64,000 nt of DNA, taken from assembly GCF_964355755.1 (NCBI RefSeq), contig NC_092680.1:22205045-22269044 (forward strand), read 5' to 3'. Origin of the DNA: Antedon mediterranea (taxonomy: Eukaryota > Animalia > Echinodermata). The notes below the pieces were generated by a model. The model had not been told where the DNA came from, did no database searches, and saw only the letters and a program-made list of their open reading frames with translations. A program made the translations under genes and the position numbers. This document shows, one piece after another, positions 50,201-63,194 of the stretch. Position 1 is the stretch's first letter. The number at the start of each line of letters is the position of its first letter.

Positions 50201-53057
50201 TAACTACAGTGTCAGTGCTGTACTCTCACTACAGTGTCAGTAGTGTACTGTGTTAACTACAGTGTCAGTGCTGTACTCTCACTAGAGTGTCAGTAGTGTA
50301 CTGTGTTAACTACAGTGTCAGTGCTGTACTCTCGCTACAGTGTCAGTAGTGTACTGTGTTAACTACAGTGTCAGTGCTGTACTCTCACTACAGTGTCAGT
50401 AGTGTACTGTGTTAACTACAGTGTCAGTGCTGTACTCTCACTACAGTGTCAGTGCTGTACTCTCACTACAGTGTCAGTGCTGTACTCTCACTACTGTGTC
50501 AGTGCTGTACTCTCACTACAGTGTCAGTAGTGTACTGTGTTAACTACAGTGTCAATGGAGTAAGAGCAGTTTTCTGTTTGGGCTCATGCCTATTACTTGC
50601 TCCTGGCAAGATGAATTGTAAAATGTACTTTATGAACTATTGCCGAATAAATATTATTATTATTATTAAATATTATTATTATTATTATAATGCTGTACTC
50701 TCACTACAGTGTCAGTAGTGTACTGTGTTAACTACAGTGTCAGTGCTGTACTCTCACTACAGTGTCAGTGCTGTACTCTCACTACAGTGTCAATGCTGTA
50801 CTCTCACTACAGTGTCAGTAGTGTACTGTGTTAACTACAGTGTCAGTGCTGTACTCTCACTACAGTGTCAGTGCTGTACTCTCACTACAGTGTCAGTGCT
50901 GTACTCTCACTACAGTGTCAGTGCTGTACTCTCACTACAGTGTCAGTAGTGTACTGTGTTAACTACAGTGTCAGTGCTGTACTCTCACTACAGTGTCAGT
51001 AGTGTACTGTGTTAACTAGTGTCGACAGTAATGTACTATGTTAACTACAGTAATTATTGTTAATAATGTTGTAGATTGCACGAGAGAATGGTATCAAGTT
51101 TATGGAGACAAGTGCAAAGACGAATATTAATGTAGAACCAGCTTTTATGACACTGGCAGAAGATATTCTTAAAAAGGTCAGAATTTAGTATTTTAAGTCT
51201 CATCTTTCTACTGTTTTTCATTTCTAGTACTTTGAACCAGGAAATTTTACTGTACAATGTTGGTACCATACTAAAAAGACTATTTCAGTACTACTCTACA
51301 GTGTAGGTACCGTACTAAGATGACTATTTCAGTACTACTCTACAGTGTAGGTACCGTACTAAGATGACTATTTCAGTACTACTCTACAGTGTAGGTACCG
51401 TACTAAGATGACTATTTCAGTATTATAGTGTCTCTAGTATAGACATACGGTTATAACTACTCTACAGTGTAGGTACCGTACTAAGATGACTATTTCAGTA
51501 TTACAGTGTCTCTAGTATAGACATACGGTTATAACTACTCTACAGTGTAGGTACCGTACTAAGATGACTATTTCAGTATTACAGTGTCTCTAGTATAGAC
51601 ATACGGTTATAACTACAGTGTAGGTACCATACTAAGATGACTATTTCAGTATTACAGTGTCTCTAGTATAGACATACGGTTATAACTACAGTGTAGATAC
51701 CGTACTAAGATGACTATTTCAGTATTACAGTGTCTCTAGTATAGACATACGGTTATAACTACTCAACAGTGTAGGTACCATACTAAGATGACTATTTCAG
51801 TATTACAGTGTCTCTAGTATAGACATACGGTTATAACTACTCTACAGTGTAGGTACCATACTAAAATGACTATTTCAGTATTACAGTGTCTCTAGTATAG
51901 ACATACGGTTATAACTACTCTACAGTGTAGGTACCGTACTAAGATGACTATTTCAGTATTACAGTGTCTCTAGTATAGAAATACGGTTATAACTATTCTA
52001 CAGTGTAGGTACCATACTAAAATGACTATTTCAGTATTACAGTGTCTCTAGTATAGACATACGGTTATAACTACAGTGTAGGTACCATACTAAGATGACT
52101 ATTTCAGTATTATAGTGTCTCTAGTATAGACATATACGGTTATAACTACTCTACAGTGTAGGTACCGTACTAAGATGACTATTTCAGTATTACAGTGTCT
52201 CTAGTATAGACATACGGTTATAACTACTCTACAGTGTAGGTACCGTACTAAGATGACTATTTCAGTATTACAGTGTCTCTAGTATAGACATACGGTTATA
52301 ACTACTCTACAGTGTAGGTACCGTACTAAGATGACTATTTCAGTATTACAGTGTCTCTAGTATAGACATACGGTTATAACTACTCTACAGTGTAGGTACC
52401 GTACTAAGATGACTATTTCAGTATTACAGTGTCTCTAGTATAGACATACGGTTATAACTACAGTGTAGGTACCGTACTAAGATGACTATTTCAGTATTAC
52501 AGTGTCTCTAGTATAGACATACGGTTATAACTACTCTACAGTGTAGGTACCATACTAAGATTACTATTTCAGTATTACAGTGTCTCTAGTATAGACATAC
52601 AGTTATAACTACAGTGTAGGTACCGTACTAAGATGACTATTTCAGTATTACAGTGTCTCTAGTATAGACATACGGTTATAACTACTCTACAGTGTAGGTA
52701 CCGTACTAAGATGACTATTTCAGTATTACAGTGTCTCTAGATACGGTTATAACTACAGTGTCAGTAGTGTACTACTATGGTAGTGTACTGTGATAAATTA
52801 TTATTGGTTTTTATTCAAATTCAAACAATGTTAAAACAGCAGAAAAACTACTACATTGAGATCCGGTCACTGATACCCACAGTATTGTTGTTGTTCAGTA
52901 ACTTTATGGTTACATACAGGTACTGAACTATTTTTATTAGACTTAACAGTGAGAAATGTTTTTATTTTTACAGTATCCTGTGTCTAATAACACGCAAGCA
53001 ACAAACTATGTGGATCCTTCTCAAGACAGAAATAAAGAAAAGAGTAAATGCTGTTAA
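35298..53057 (+). CDS. RAB10: Ras-related protein Rab-10, 200 aa; exons 35298-35424, 49102-49301, 49772-49861, 51075-51176, 52974-53057
   Basis: Spliced translation [126 protein letters not shown]...ETSAK...[10 protein letters not shown]...[13 protein letters not shown] start, [10 protein letters not shown] switch II, HANEDVE and KCC prenylation motif are Rab10-diagnostic. All introns are GT-AG. Confidence 0.95.
36385..36985. repeat. ~80-bp minisatellite, ~8 copies
   Basis: gaactgaatctgatgaacagtagaggccaatcacaat recurs every 77-81 bp. Confidence 0.95.
36991..38733. repeat. 35-bp minisatellite, ~50 copies
   Basis: tacactgaccccttctatagtttatagctatcctg units. Confidence 0.95.
39914..40055 (+). 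CDS. Rab10 alternative first coding exon 1b (predicted 205-aa isoform)
   Basis: aaaATGG; [48 protein letters not shown]|gtatgt; phase-1 donor in frame with exon 2. Confidence 0.85.
40632..41316. repeat. ~110-bp minisatellite, ~6 copies
   Basis: gtgcttgaccagaatattaggcctaaactgtgttaggccaactagacctggtc recurs. Confidence 0.95.
41521..41623 (+). CDS. Rab10 alternative first coding exon 1c (predicted 192-aa isoform)
   Basis: aaaATG; [35 protein letters not shown]|gtaagt; in-frame TGA upstream at 41488. Confidence 0.75.
41893..42280. repeat. 46-bp minisatellite, ~8.5 copies
   Basis: atgattatacagagagtattgctgtgtgtccctagtctaaattatg units. Confidence 0.95.
42405..42958. repeat. 62-bp minisatellite, ~9 copies
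   Basis: gacactgtgtgtcaactcatggtatct(g/t)tggtgt(a/c)tagtgttcagacacaacgtttaccaac units. Confidence 0.95.
43548..43734 (+). CDS. Rab10 alternative first coding exon 1d (220 aa; 240 aa if the ATG at 43488 is used)
   Basis: [63 protein letters not shown]|gtaaga. Confidence 0.8.
43930..44316. repeat. ~66-71-bp minisatellite, ~6 copies
   Basis: catgaaataatctattaaccctgagaatgacaatgtagttttggttgccctaatcattttacagta units. Confidence 0.9.
45245..45359 (+). CDS. Rab10 alternative first coding exon 1e (predicted 196-aa isoform; absent from the ORF track)
   Basis: aacATG; [39 protein letters not shown]|gtaagt; in-frame TAA upstream at 45233. Confidence 0.8.
45936..47312. repeat. Variable-length (~97-136 bp) minisatellite interrupted by a MITE
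   Basis: ccactttaacaatggtagtgtccactatgggtggttaatg...cctacactttgaaagcaaagcatg...cagtgctcaaagtacatgcattacc units. Confidence 0.9.
47003..47215. mobile_element. 213-bp MITE with TIRs and a 3-bp AAT target-site duplication
   Basis: AAT|TGTCGTATTCGA(t/g)TGGG...CCCACTCGAATACGACA|AAT; neighbouring repeat units show the empty site ggttAATgttctgg. Confidence 0.85.
48183..48339 (+). CDS. Rab10 alternative first coding exon 1f (predicted 210-aa isoform)
   Basis: aacATGG; [53 protein letters not shown]|gtaaga. Confidence 0.85.
49340..49640 (+). mobile_element. 3' remnant of a CR1/L2-group LINE in Rab10 intron 2
   Basis: Degenerate translation [11 protein letters not shown]...TKTYG...WNELP...[10 protein letters not shown] resembles L2-group ORF2 C-termini; followed by a TTA-rich tail. 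Confidence 0.6.
50023..51050. repeat. Interleaved 25/28-bp minisatellite with a ~135-bp interruption (~50557-50690)
   Basis: ctacagtgtcagtgctgtactctca and ctacagtgtcagtagtgtactgtgttaa units. Confidence 0.9.
51262..52760. repeat. 44-bp then 73/78-bp minisatellite in Rab10 intron 4
   Basis: gtaggtaccgtactaagatgactatttcagtattacagtgtctctagtatagacatacggttataactactctacagt units. Confidence 0.95.
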
Positions 53058-54133
53058 CTGATTTATAAGATAATTTATTAGTCTATGTGACATTTATTTG
53101 ATGACTGTAAAACATTAAGGCGTTACAATAGAGCAATGTCATTGAGAGATTATAGATATGAAGCAGACTCATCGCACTATTTAGCTGACCAGACCTGCGC
53201 AAGACACTTGCATGTACAGATCCATCAACAATTTGAAGACTTATTAATGATAAACCTGGTGGGATGGATATTATTGCCCAAATCATGTAAACAGAACGCA
53301 ACAGACATGTACATATAAGTTTATATAGGGAGTAATAAGTAAAATCTAGTTATCGCTCGCATGGCTTAATGTTAAAATATTGCCACTGTTCAAACCAAAA
53401 TTGTACTATTAGCCAACATTTATTATTATTATTATTTAAAAGACAATACTTGGTAAATTTGTTGGTTAATTTACAGAATAATGTATTTGAATTGATGGTA
53501 TACTATTGGAATTGTTGGTATACTATTGTTATGTCAATCACATTGGGAATAGCAAGTTTATGTACAAACAGGTTTTTTACTATACTATTTGAAATATTAA
53601 CATCATTAGTCCAACATTAGTTTCTTCATCCAGTTCAAATTAACAAATGATTATCAACAATTGTTCAAATTTGATTGATTTTGAGGCATTTTCTGATATT
53701 AAATGTTAACATACAATGTTTTGAAATTACTAAAATTGAGATGAACAAACTAGCATAGCATATCTGTACAGTTGCCTGTCGTTATATCTATGATGTGTTT
53801 CAATTACACAGAGATTTACAAGGAGTTGCAAGTGGTGATTTGTATATTTGCATTAATAGGTTTAGTAGAGCAAGTAACAATTATATTATTCAAATAATTC
53901 CCAAACATATTACTATTCACTTGTAAGCTATTTTTGATGTTTGCTATATTTTCACAAGTAGTTTTTTATATTTGTTTCTTTTTTATTGAATTGATAATAC
54001 TTGATTATTGTGTTTGCTGTCATGTGACTCTCACATGAAAGTAAATCATTGTTTATGAAACTAATAGCTGGCAAGCTTATTTGTTACACAATTAATGACT
54101 ATGATGACTTTTATTTTTAAACACAATCAAAAT

Positions 54134-54446
54134 GTAACATGTATTACATACTGGTGATCCATGACTGCAAACCTACTGCTATGTGTATGAATATATAACA
54201 TGTATTACACAGGTGATCCATGACAGCAAACATACTACTATGTATATGGATATATAACATGTATTACATACTGGTGATCCATGACAGCAAACCTACTGCT
54301 ATGTATATGAATATATAACATGTATTACACAGGTGATCCATGACAGCAAACATACTGCTATGTACTGCTATGTATATGAATATATAACATGTATTACATA
54401 CTGGTGATCCATGACAGCAAACATACTACTATGTATATGGATATAT
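54134..54446. repeat. ~60-bp minisatellite, ~5 copies, downstream of the Rab10 stop codon
   Basis: taacatgtattacatactggtgatccatgacagcaaacctactgctatgtatatgaata units. Confidence 0.9.
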
Positions 54447-55301
54447 ATTTACTTCACACACAAACAATACAGTAGTAGTAATATTTTAATATAATAATAA
54501 TAATAATGTAGAATTGTATTAATAATAATAGAAGACATTTTCAGCTATTTTTAATTTAAATATGTTTTTGTAAAAAGACACTCAAATGAAGGCAGTTAGC
54601 TAAATTACTACTTTACTATACCGATAGCTTTGTCTAATGGCTTGTAATTTATACTAAAACGTATCATTAAATGTTTGATAATGTTCATACATTTCTACAT
54701 ATGTGTAAGTTTAACATAGTCCTAAACCTTCTTACTGGATTTTATAAGTAAGTAAAGTGAGTATTTTTATTAATTTGTTCTTTATCTGCAAACAGATTAT
54801 GAATCTTAAAACTATTAGACAATATTACAATATTTTGTATAATTATATTTTGTTTCTTTCAATTTTACAGAAATATAAAATGCTGAGTGTAGTTGAGTTA
54901 TTGTACCACAGACTAACATGTATTAAATGTATAAGTATTAAGTTTTTTCTCATTAGATTAAAAATGTCTATTTGAGATCCCAACTTAAATTTGTTCAATT
55001 TTATTTTTATTTCATAATCATTTAGATAATATTAAAGACATATAAACAAACATGACATAATACAATATTAATAATTACTCTAGTAGCCAGTCAACTTTCA
55101 TATGCACTTTGAGTTCCAGAGAATGTGACTTCAGAAATTGGTTAAGGGTTTCCAAACAATCATTTTTGCTCGGTTAAACATTTTAAAAATGTGGCGAAAG
55201 GGTAGGTGAAATATTATGAAGACCAAACACCAATAGATTTTTTAATTTTGGCAACCAGTGACCACAACTAGGTAACATTACCAGTGGACACAACTAGGTA
55301 A

Positions 55302-55570
55302 TTCATTCATTCATTCAATCTTTTATTTCGGAAACTCTGGTCCATAGAAAGTACATTACATATAAATGAAATAAATAAAATAAACAAAATTACTACTACT
55401 CATCTCAGGATGGCATTCCATCTGGAGAGCATCTTCGACTTAACTAAGACGTTGCTTATAATCGTTGAGATTAAAATATTTTTGCTTGCATTAAGTCTAC
55501 ACATCAGACCATATATTGATATTCATTCCGTAAACATGAGGCTGGTACTGCAATGTCGAGGCCTTTGGTA
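55302..55570 (-). mobile_element. Possible short LINE 3'-end remnant with a (TGAA)n tail
   Basis: (ttca)n at the left end followed by ttttattt; interrupts a short caactaggtaa repeat, with ggtaat on both sides. Confidence 0.35.
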
Positions 55571-55602
55571 ATATTACCACTGATCACAACTAGGTAATAT
55601 TA

Positions 55603-58600
55603 CTAGACGTACTGTCCTGGTGACGTCTAGACGTACTGTCCTGGTGACGTCTAGACGTACTGTCCTGGTGACGTCTAGACGTACTGTCCTGGTGACGTCT
55701 AGACGTACTGTCCTGGTGACGTCTAGACGTACTGTCATGGTGACGTCTAGACGTACTGTCATGGTGACGTCTAGACGTACTGTCATGGTGACGTCTAGAC
55801 GTACTGTCATGGTGACGTCTAGACGTAATAGTGACAACCAGACGTACTGTCATAGTGACGTCTAGACGTACTGTCATAGTGACGTCTAGACGTAATAGTG
55901 ACGTCTAGATGTACTTTCCTAGTGACGTCTAGACGTACTGTCCTAGTGACGTCTAGACGTACTGTCCTAGTGACGTATGGACGTATTGTCCTAGTAACGT
56001 CTGGACGTACTGTCCTAGTGAAGTCTGGACGTACTGTCCTAGTGACGTCTGGACGTACTGTCCTAGTGACGTCTAGACGTACTGTCATAGTGATGTCTAG
56101 ACGTAATAGTGACGTCTAGACGTACTTTCCTAGTGACGTCTAGATTTTTGGTTGTTTGTTTTATCTTTATACTAGTTGACCTCTTCAGTCAAAGACTGAT
56201 TTCCCAGAGGACCCAGTTGGTGATCAGTGGCTGTGATGTACTAATACACCGGTGTAACCCCCTACTCGTCTCGAAAGATGTAATAGGTTCTTTATAGTGC
56301 ACACGAGCAAGTTGTGTACACTGGACCTACGGTTTATAGTCCTTATCAGAGAAGACTCGTTCTACCACCAGAACCATGGAGTGAGTGAGCCTCGAACCCC
56401 TGCCGATGTTATGGCTACGTGATTACGGTTCCACTGTCTTAACCGCTCGGCCACTCACTCACTCTCACAACGTACTGTCCTAGTGACGTCTAGACGTACT
56501 GTCGTAGTGACGTCTAGACGTACTGTCCTAGTGACGTCTAGACGTACTGTCCTAGTGACGTCTAGACGTACTGTAGTAGTGACGTCCAGACGTGCTGTAG
56601 TAGTGACGTCCAGACGTGCTGTCGTAGTGACGTCCAGACGTACTGTCGTAGTGACGTCTAGACATACTGTCCTAGTGACGTCTAGACGTACTGTCGTAGT
56701 GACGTCTAGACGTACTGTCCTAGTGACGTCTAGACGTACTGTCCTAGTGACGTCTAGACGTACTGTAGTAGTGACGTCCAGACGTGCTGTAGTAGTGACG
56801 TCCAGACGTGCTGTCGTAGTGACGTCCAGACATACTGTCGTAGTGACGTCTAGACGTAATGTCGTAGTGACGTCTAGACGTACTGTCATAGTGACGTCCA
56901 GACGTGCTGTCGTAGTGACGTCTAGACGTGCTGTTGTATTGACGTCTTGACGTGCTGTCGTAGTGACGTCTAGACGTGCTGTCGTAGTGACGTCTAGACG
57001 TGCTGTCGTAGTGATGTCTAGACATAATAGTGACGTCTAGACGTACTGTCATAGTGACGTCTAGACGTACTGTCATAGTGACGTCTAGACGTACTGTCAT
57101 AGTGACGTCTAGACGTACTGTCATAGTGACGTCTAGACGTACTGTCATAGTGACGTCTAGACGTACTGTCATAGTGACGTCTAGACGTACTGTCATAGTG
57201 ACGTCTAGACGTACTGTCATAGTGACGTCTAGACGTAATAGTGACGTCTAGAAGTACTGTCATAGTGACGTCTAGACGTACTTTCCTAGCGACGTCTAGA
57301 CGTACTGTCCTAGTGATGTCTAGACGTACTTTCCTAGTGACGTCTAGACGTATTTTTCTAGTGACGTCTAGACGTACTGTCATGGTGACGTCTAGACGTA
57401 CTGTCATGGTGATGTCAAGACGTACTGTCATGGTGACGTCTAGATGTACTGTCATGGTGACGTCTAGACGTACTGTCATGGTGACGTCTAGACGTACTGT
57501 CATGGTGACGTCTAGACGTACTGTCATGGTGACGTCTAGACTTACTGTCATGGTCATGGTGACGTCCAGACGTGCTGTCGTGGTGACGTCTAGACGTGCT
57601 GTCGTGGTGATGTCTAGACGTGCTGTTGTAGTGCCGTCTAGACGTGCTGTCGTAGTGACGTCTAGACGTGATGTCGTAGTGACGTCTAGACGTGCTGTCA
57701 TAGTGATGTCTAGACGTAATAGTGATGTCTGGACGTAATAGTGACGTCTATACGTACGGTCATAGTGACGTCTAGACGTACTGTCATAGTGACGTCTAGA
57801 CGTACTGTCCTAGTGACGTCTAGACGTACTTTCCTAGTGACGTCTAGATGTACTTTCCTAGTGACGTCTAGACGTATTGTCCTAGTAACGTGTAGAATAC
57901 TTTCCTAGTGATGTCTAGACGTACTTTCCTAGTGACTTCTAGACGTACTTTCCTAGTGACAACTAGACGTACTGTCTTAGTGACGTCTAGACGTAATTGT
58001 ACCGTCTAGACGTACTTTCCTAGTGACGTCTAGATGTACTGTCCTAGTGACGTCTAGACGTACTGTCCTAGTGACGTCTAGACGTACTGTTGTAGTGACG
58101 TCTAGATGTACTGTCGTAGTGACGTCTAGATGTACTGTCGTAGTGACGTCTAAACGTACTGTCCTAGTGATGTCTAGACGTACTGTCGTAGAGATGTCTA
58201 GACGTAATGTCGTAGTGACGTCTAGACGTGCTGTCGTATTGACGTCTAGACGTACTTTCCTAGGGACATCTAGACGTACTTTCCTAGTGACGTCTAGATG
58301 TACGGTCCTAGTGATGTCTAGACATACTGTCATAGTGACGTCTAGACGTACTTTCCTGGTGACGTCTAGACGTACTGTCCTGGTGACGTCTAGACGTGCT
58401 GTCCTAGTGACGTCTAGACGTATTGTCCTAGTAATGTCTATACGTACTGTCCTAGTGACGTCTAGACATACTGTCCTAGTGACGTCTAGACGTACTGTCA
58501 AAGTGACGTCTAAACGTAATAGTGACGTCTAGACGTACTTTCCTAGTGACGTCTAGATGTACCGTCCTAGTGACGTCTAGACGTACCGTCCTAGCGACGT

Positions 58601-61600
58601 CTAGATGTATTGTCGTAGTGACGTCTAGATGTACTGTCGTAGTGACGTCTAGATGTACTGTCCTAGTGACGTCTAAACGTACTGTCCTAGTGACGTCTAG
58701 ACGTACTGTCGTAGAGACGTCTAAACATAATGTCGTAGTGACGTCTAGACGTGCTGTCGTAGTGACGTCTAGACGTGCTGTCGTAGTGACGTCTAGATGT
58801 GCTGTCGTAGTGACGTCTAGACGTGATGTCATAGTGACGTCTAGACGTGCTGTCATAGTGATGTCTAGACATTCTGTCATGGCGACGTCTAGACGTACTG
58901 TCATGGCAACGTCTAGACGTACTGTCATGGTGACGTCTAGACGTAGACGTACTGTCATGGTAATGTCTAGACGTACTGTCATGGTGACGTCTAGACGTCT
59001 AGACGTGCTGTCGTAGTGACGTCTAAACATGCTGTCGTAGTGACGTCTAGATGTGCTGTTGTAGTGACGTCTAGACGTGCTGTCGTAGTGACGTCTAGAC
59101 GTCACTATTACGTACTTTCCTAGTGACGTCTAGACGTACTGTCCTGGTGACGTCTAGAAGTACTGTCCTAGTGACGTCTAGACGTACTGTCGTAGTGACG
59201 TCTATATGTGCTGTCGTAGTGACGTCTAGACGTGCTGTCGTAGTGACGTCTAGACGTAATATTGACGTCTAGATGTACTGTCATAGTGATGTCTAGACGT
59301 ACTGTCATAGTTAGGTCTAGACGTACTGTGATAGTGACGTCTAGACGTACTGTCATAGTGACGTCTAGACGTACTGTCATAGGGACGTCTAGACGTACTT
59401 TCCTAGCGACGTCTAGACGTACTTTTATAGCGACGTCTAGACGTACTGTCTAGACGTACTGTCTAGATGTGCTGTCATAGTGACGTGTAGACGTTCTGTC
59501 ATAGTGACGTGTAGACGTACTGTCATGGCGACGTCTAGACGTACTGTCATGGTGACGTCTAGACGTAGACGTACTGTCATGGTAACGTCTAGACGTACTG
59601 TCATGGTGACGTCTAGACGTACTGTCATGGTGACGTCTAGACGTACTGTCATGGTGACGTCTAGACGTACTGTCATGGTGACATCTAGACGTACTGTCAT
59701 GGTGACGTCTAGACGTAATATCATAGTGACGTCTAGACGTACTGTCATAGCGACGTCTAGACGTACTTTTCTAGCGACGTCTGGATGTACTTTCCTAGAG
59801 ACGTCTAGACGTACTGTCTAGACGTGCTGTCATAGTGACATCTAGACATGCTGTCATAGTGACGTCTAGACGTGCTGTCATAGTGACGTCTAGACGTTCT
59901 GTCATAGTGATGTCTAGAAGTACTGTCATGGCGACGTCTAGACGCACTGTCATGGTTACGTCTAGACGTAGACGTACTGTCATGGTAATGTCTAGACGTA
60001 CTGTCATGGTGACATCTAGACGTAATGTCGTAGTGATGTCTAGACGTGCTGTCGTAGTGAAGTCTAGACGTGCTGTCGTAGTGAAGTCTAGATGTGCTGT
60101 CGTAGTGACGTCTAGACGTGCAATCGTAGTGACGTCTAGACGTAATAATGACGTCTAGACGTACTGTCATAGTGACGTCTAGACGTTCTGTCATAGTGAC
60201 GTCTAGAATTACTGTCATGGCGACGTCTAGACGTACTGTCCTGGTGACGTCTAGAAGTACTGTCCTAGTGACGTCTAGACGTACTGTCGTAGTGACGTCT
60301 ATATGTGCTGTCGTAGTGACGTCTAGACGTGCTGTCGTAGTGACCTCTAGACGTAATATTGACGTCTAGATGTACTGTCATAGTGATGTCTAGACGTACT
60401 GTCATAGTTAGGTCTAGACGTACTGTGATAGTGACGTCTAGACGTACTGTCATAGTGACGTCTAGACGTACTGTCATAGGGACGTCTAGACGTACTTTCC
60501 TAGCGACGTCTAGACGTACTTTTATAGCGACGTCTAGACGTACTGTCTAGACGTACTGTCTAGATGTGCTGTCATAGTGACGTGTAGACGTTCTGTCATA
60601 GTGACGTGTAGACGTACTGTCATGGCGACGTCTAGACGTACTGTCATGGTGACGTCTAGATGTAGACGTACTGTCATGGTAACGTCTAGACGTACTGTCA
60701 TGGTGACGTCTAGACGTACTGTCATGGTGACGTCTAGACGTACTGTCATGGTGACGTCTAGACGTACTGTCATGGTGACATCTAGACATACTGTCATGGT
60801 GACGTCTAGACGTAATATCATAGTGACGTCTAGACGTACTGTCATAGCGACGTCTAGACGTACTTTTCTAGCGACGTCTGGATGTACTTTCCTAGAGACG
60901 TCTAGACGTACTGTCTAGACGTGCTGTCATAGTGACATCTAGACATGCTGTCATAGTGACGTCTAGACGTGCTGTCATAGTGACGTCTAGACGTTCTGTC
61001 ATAGTGATGTCTAGAAGTACTGTCATGGCGACGTCTAGACGCACTGTCATGGTTACGTCTAGACGTAGACGTACTGTCATGGTAATGTCTAGACGTACTG
61101 TCATGGTGACATCTAGACGTAATGTCGTAGTGATGTCTAGACGTGCTGTCGTAGTGAAGTCTAGACGTGCTGTCGTAGTGAAGTCTAGATGTGCTGTCGT
61201 AGTGACGTCTAGACGTGCAATCGTAGTGACGTCTAGACGTAATAATGACGTCTAGACGTACTGTCATAGTGACGTCTAGACGTTCTGTCATAGTGACGTC
61301 TAGAATTACTGTCATGGCGACGTCTAGACGTACTGTCATAGTGACGTCTTGACGTGCTGTCATAGTGAAGTCTAGACGTTCTGTCATAGTGACTTCTAGA
61401 AGTACTGTCATGGCGACGTCTAGACGTACTGTCATAGTGACGTCTAGACGTACTTTCCTAGTGACGTCTAGACGTACTTTCCTAGCAACGTCTAGACGTA
61501 CTGTCTAGACGTGGATGTCTAGACGTGCTGTCATAGTGACGTCTAGACGTTCTGTCATTGTGACGTCTAGACGTACTGTCATGGCGACGTCTAGACGTGC

Positions 61601-63043
61601 TGTCATAGTGATGTCTAGACGTAATAGTGACGTCTAGACGTACTGTCATATTGACGTCTAGACGTACTTTCCTAGCGACGTCTAGACGTACTGTCCTAGT
61701 GACGTCTAGACGTACTTTCCTAGTGACATCTAGACGTACTTTTCTAGTGACGTCTAGACGTACTGTCCTCGTGACGTCTAGACGTACTGTCATGGTGACG
61801 TCTAGACGTACTGTCATGGTGACGTCCAGACGTACTGTCATGGTGACGTCTAGACGTACTGTCATGGTGACGTCTAGACGTACTGTCATGGTGACGTCTA
61901 GACGTACTGTCATGGTGACGTCTAGACGTACTGTCATTGTGGTGATGTTTAGACGTAATAGTGATGTCTAGACGTACTGTCATAGTGACGTCTAGACGTA
62001 CTGTCATAGTGACGTCTAGACGTACTTTCCTAGTGACGTCTAGACGTACTGTCCTAGTGACGTCTAGACGTACTTTCCTAGTGACGTCTAGACGTACTTT
62101 CCTAGTGCCGTCTAGACGTACTGTCCTAGTGACATCTAGACGTACTGTCATGGTGACGTCTAGACGTACTGTCATGGTGACTTCTAGACGTACTGTCATT
62201 GTGACGTCTAGACGTTCTGTCATGGTGACGTCTAGACGTACTGTCATGGTGACGTCTGGACGTACTGTCATGGTGACGTCTGGACGTACTGTCAACGTCT
62301 AGACGTATTGTCATGGTTACGTCTAGACGTACTTTCCTAGTGACGTCTAGACGTACGGTCCTAGTGACGTCTAGACTTACTGTCATAGTGACGTCTAGAC
62401 GTACTGTCATAGTGACGTCTAGACGTACTTTCCTAGTGACGTCTAGATGTACTGTCCTAGTGACGTCTAGACGTACTGTCCTAGTGACGTCTAAACGTAA
62501 TAGTAACGTCTAGACGTACTTTCCTAGTGACGTCTAGATGTACTGTCCTAGTGACGTCTAGAGGTACTGTCCTAGTAACGTCTAGACTTACTGTCACAGT
62601 GACATCTAGAAATACTGTCGTAGTGACGTCTAGATGTGCTGTCGTAGTGACGTCTAGACGTGCGGTCATAGTAACGTCTAGACGTAATAGTGACGTCTAG
62701 ACGTACTGTGATAGTGACGTCTAGACGTACTGTCGCAGAGACGTCTAGACGTAATGTTGTAGTGACGTCTAGACGTGCTGTCGTAGTGATGTATAAACGT
62801 GCTGTCATAGTGACGTCTAGATGTGCTGTCGTAGTGACGTCTAGACGTGCCGTCATAGTAACGTCTAGACGTAATAGTGACGTCTAGACGTACTGTGATA
62901 GTGACGTCTAGACGTACTGTCATAGTGACGTCTAGACGTACTGTGATAGTGACGTCTAGGCGTACTGTTATAGTGACGTCTAGACGTACTGTCATTGCGA
63001 CGTCTAGACGTACTTTTCTAGCGACGTCTAGACGTACTTTCCT
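55603..63043. repeat. 24-bp CpG-rich satellite with palindromic core ACGTCTAGACGT, ~300 units
   Basis: gtgacgtctagacgtactgtc(a/c/g)t(a/g) units with interspersed 19-bp variants; the source of all VTSRRTV and TVRLDVT ORFs. Confidence 0.97.
56145..56469 (-). mobile_element. tRNA-derived SINE with a Deu/Nin-like central domain, inserted in the satellite
   Basis: Minus strand: A box TGGCCGAGCGG, B box GGTTCGAGGCT, core gataaggactataaaccgtaggtcc...taaagaacc...ttcgagacgagtagggg...ccggtgt, A-rich tail (aaacaaacaaccaaaaa). Confidence 0.8.
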
Positions 63044-63194
63044 CACATACTTTGCTGACCCATTTTAGTTGATTTTAATTTTTTACAATCATTGTCTTTA
63101 TTTCGAGTGTTATATGTATGATAATTATCAAATAAACTGAATAAAGAATTAAAACATTTTGGAAGTTGTCCTTTTTGGTATTTAAACATAAAAC

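Noticed and set aside
35298-53057. Rab8 or Rab13 assignment
   Set aside because: [22 protein letters not shown] and the KCC ending fit Rab10; Rab8 has RFRTITTAYY and a CaaX end.
55603-63043. CRISPR-like appearance (palindromic repeat with variable intervening bases)
   Set aside because: The intervening 9-12 bp are variants of one consensus, not unique spacers; eukaryotic context; no cas genes.
55574-63068. Dozens of ORFs (VTSRRTV / TVRLDVT / HYDSTSRR repeats)
   Set aside because: They are translations of a 24-bp satellite, open on both strands because the unit is a multiple of 3; no splice or domain evidence.
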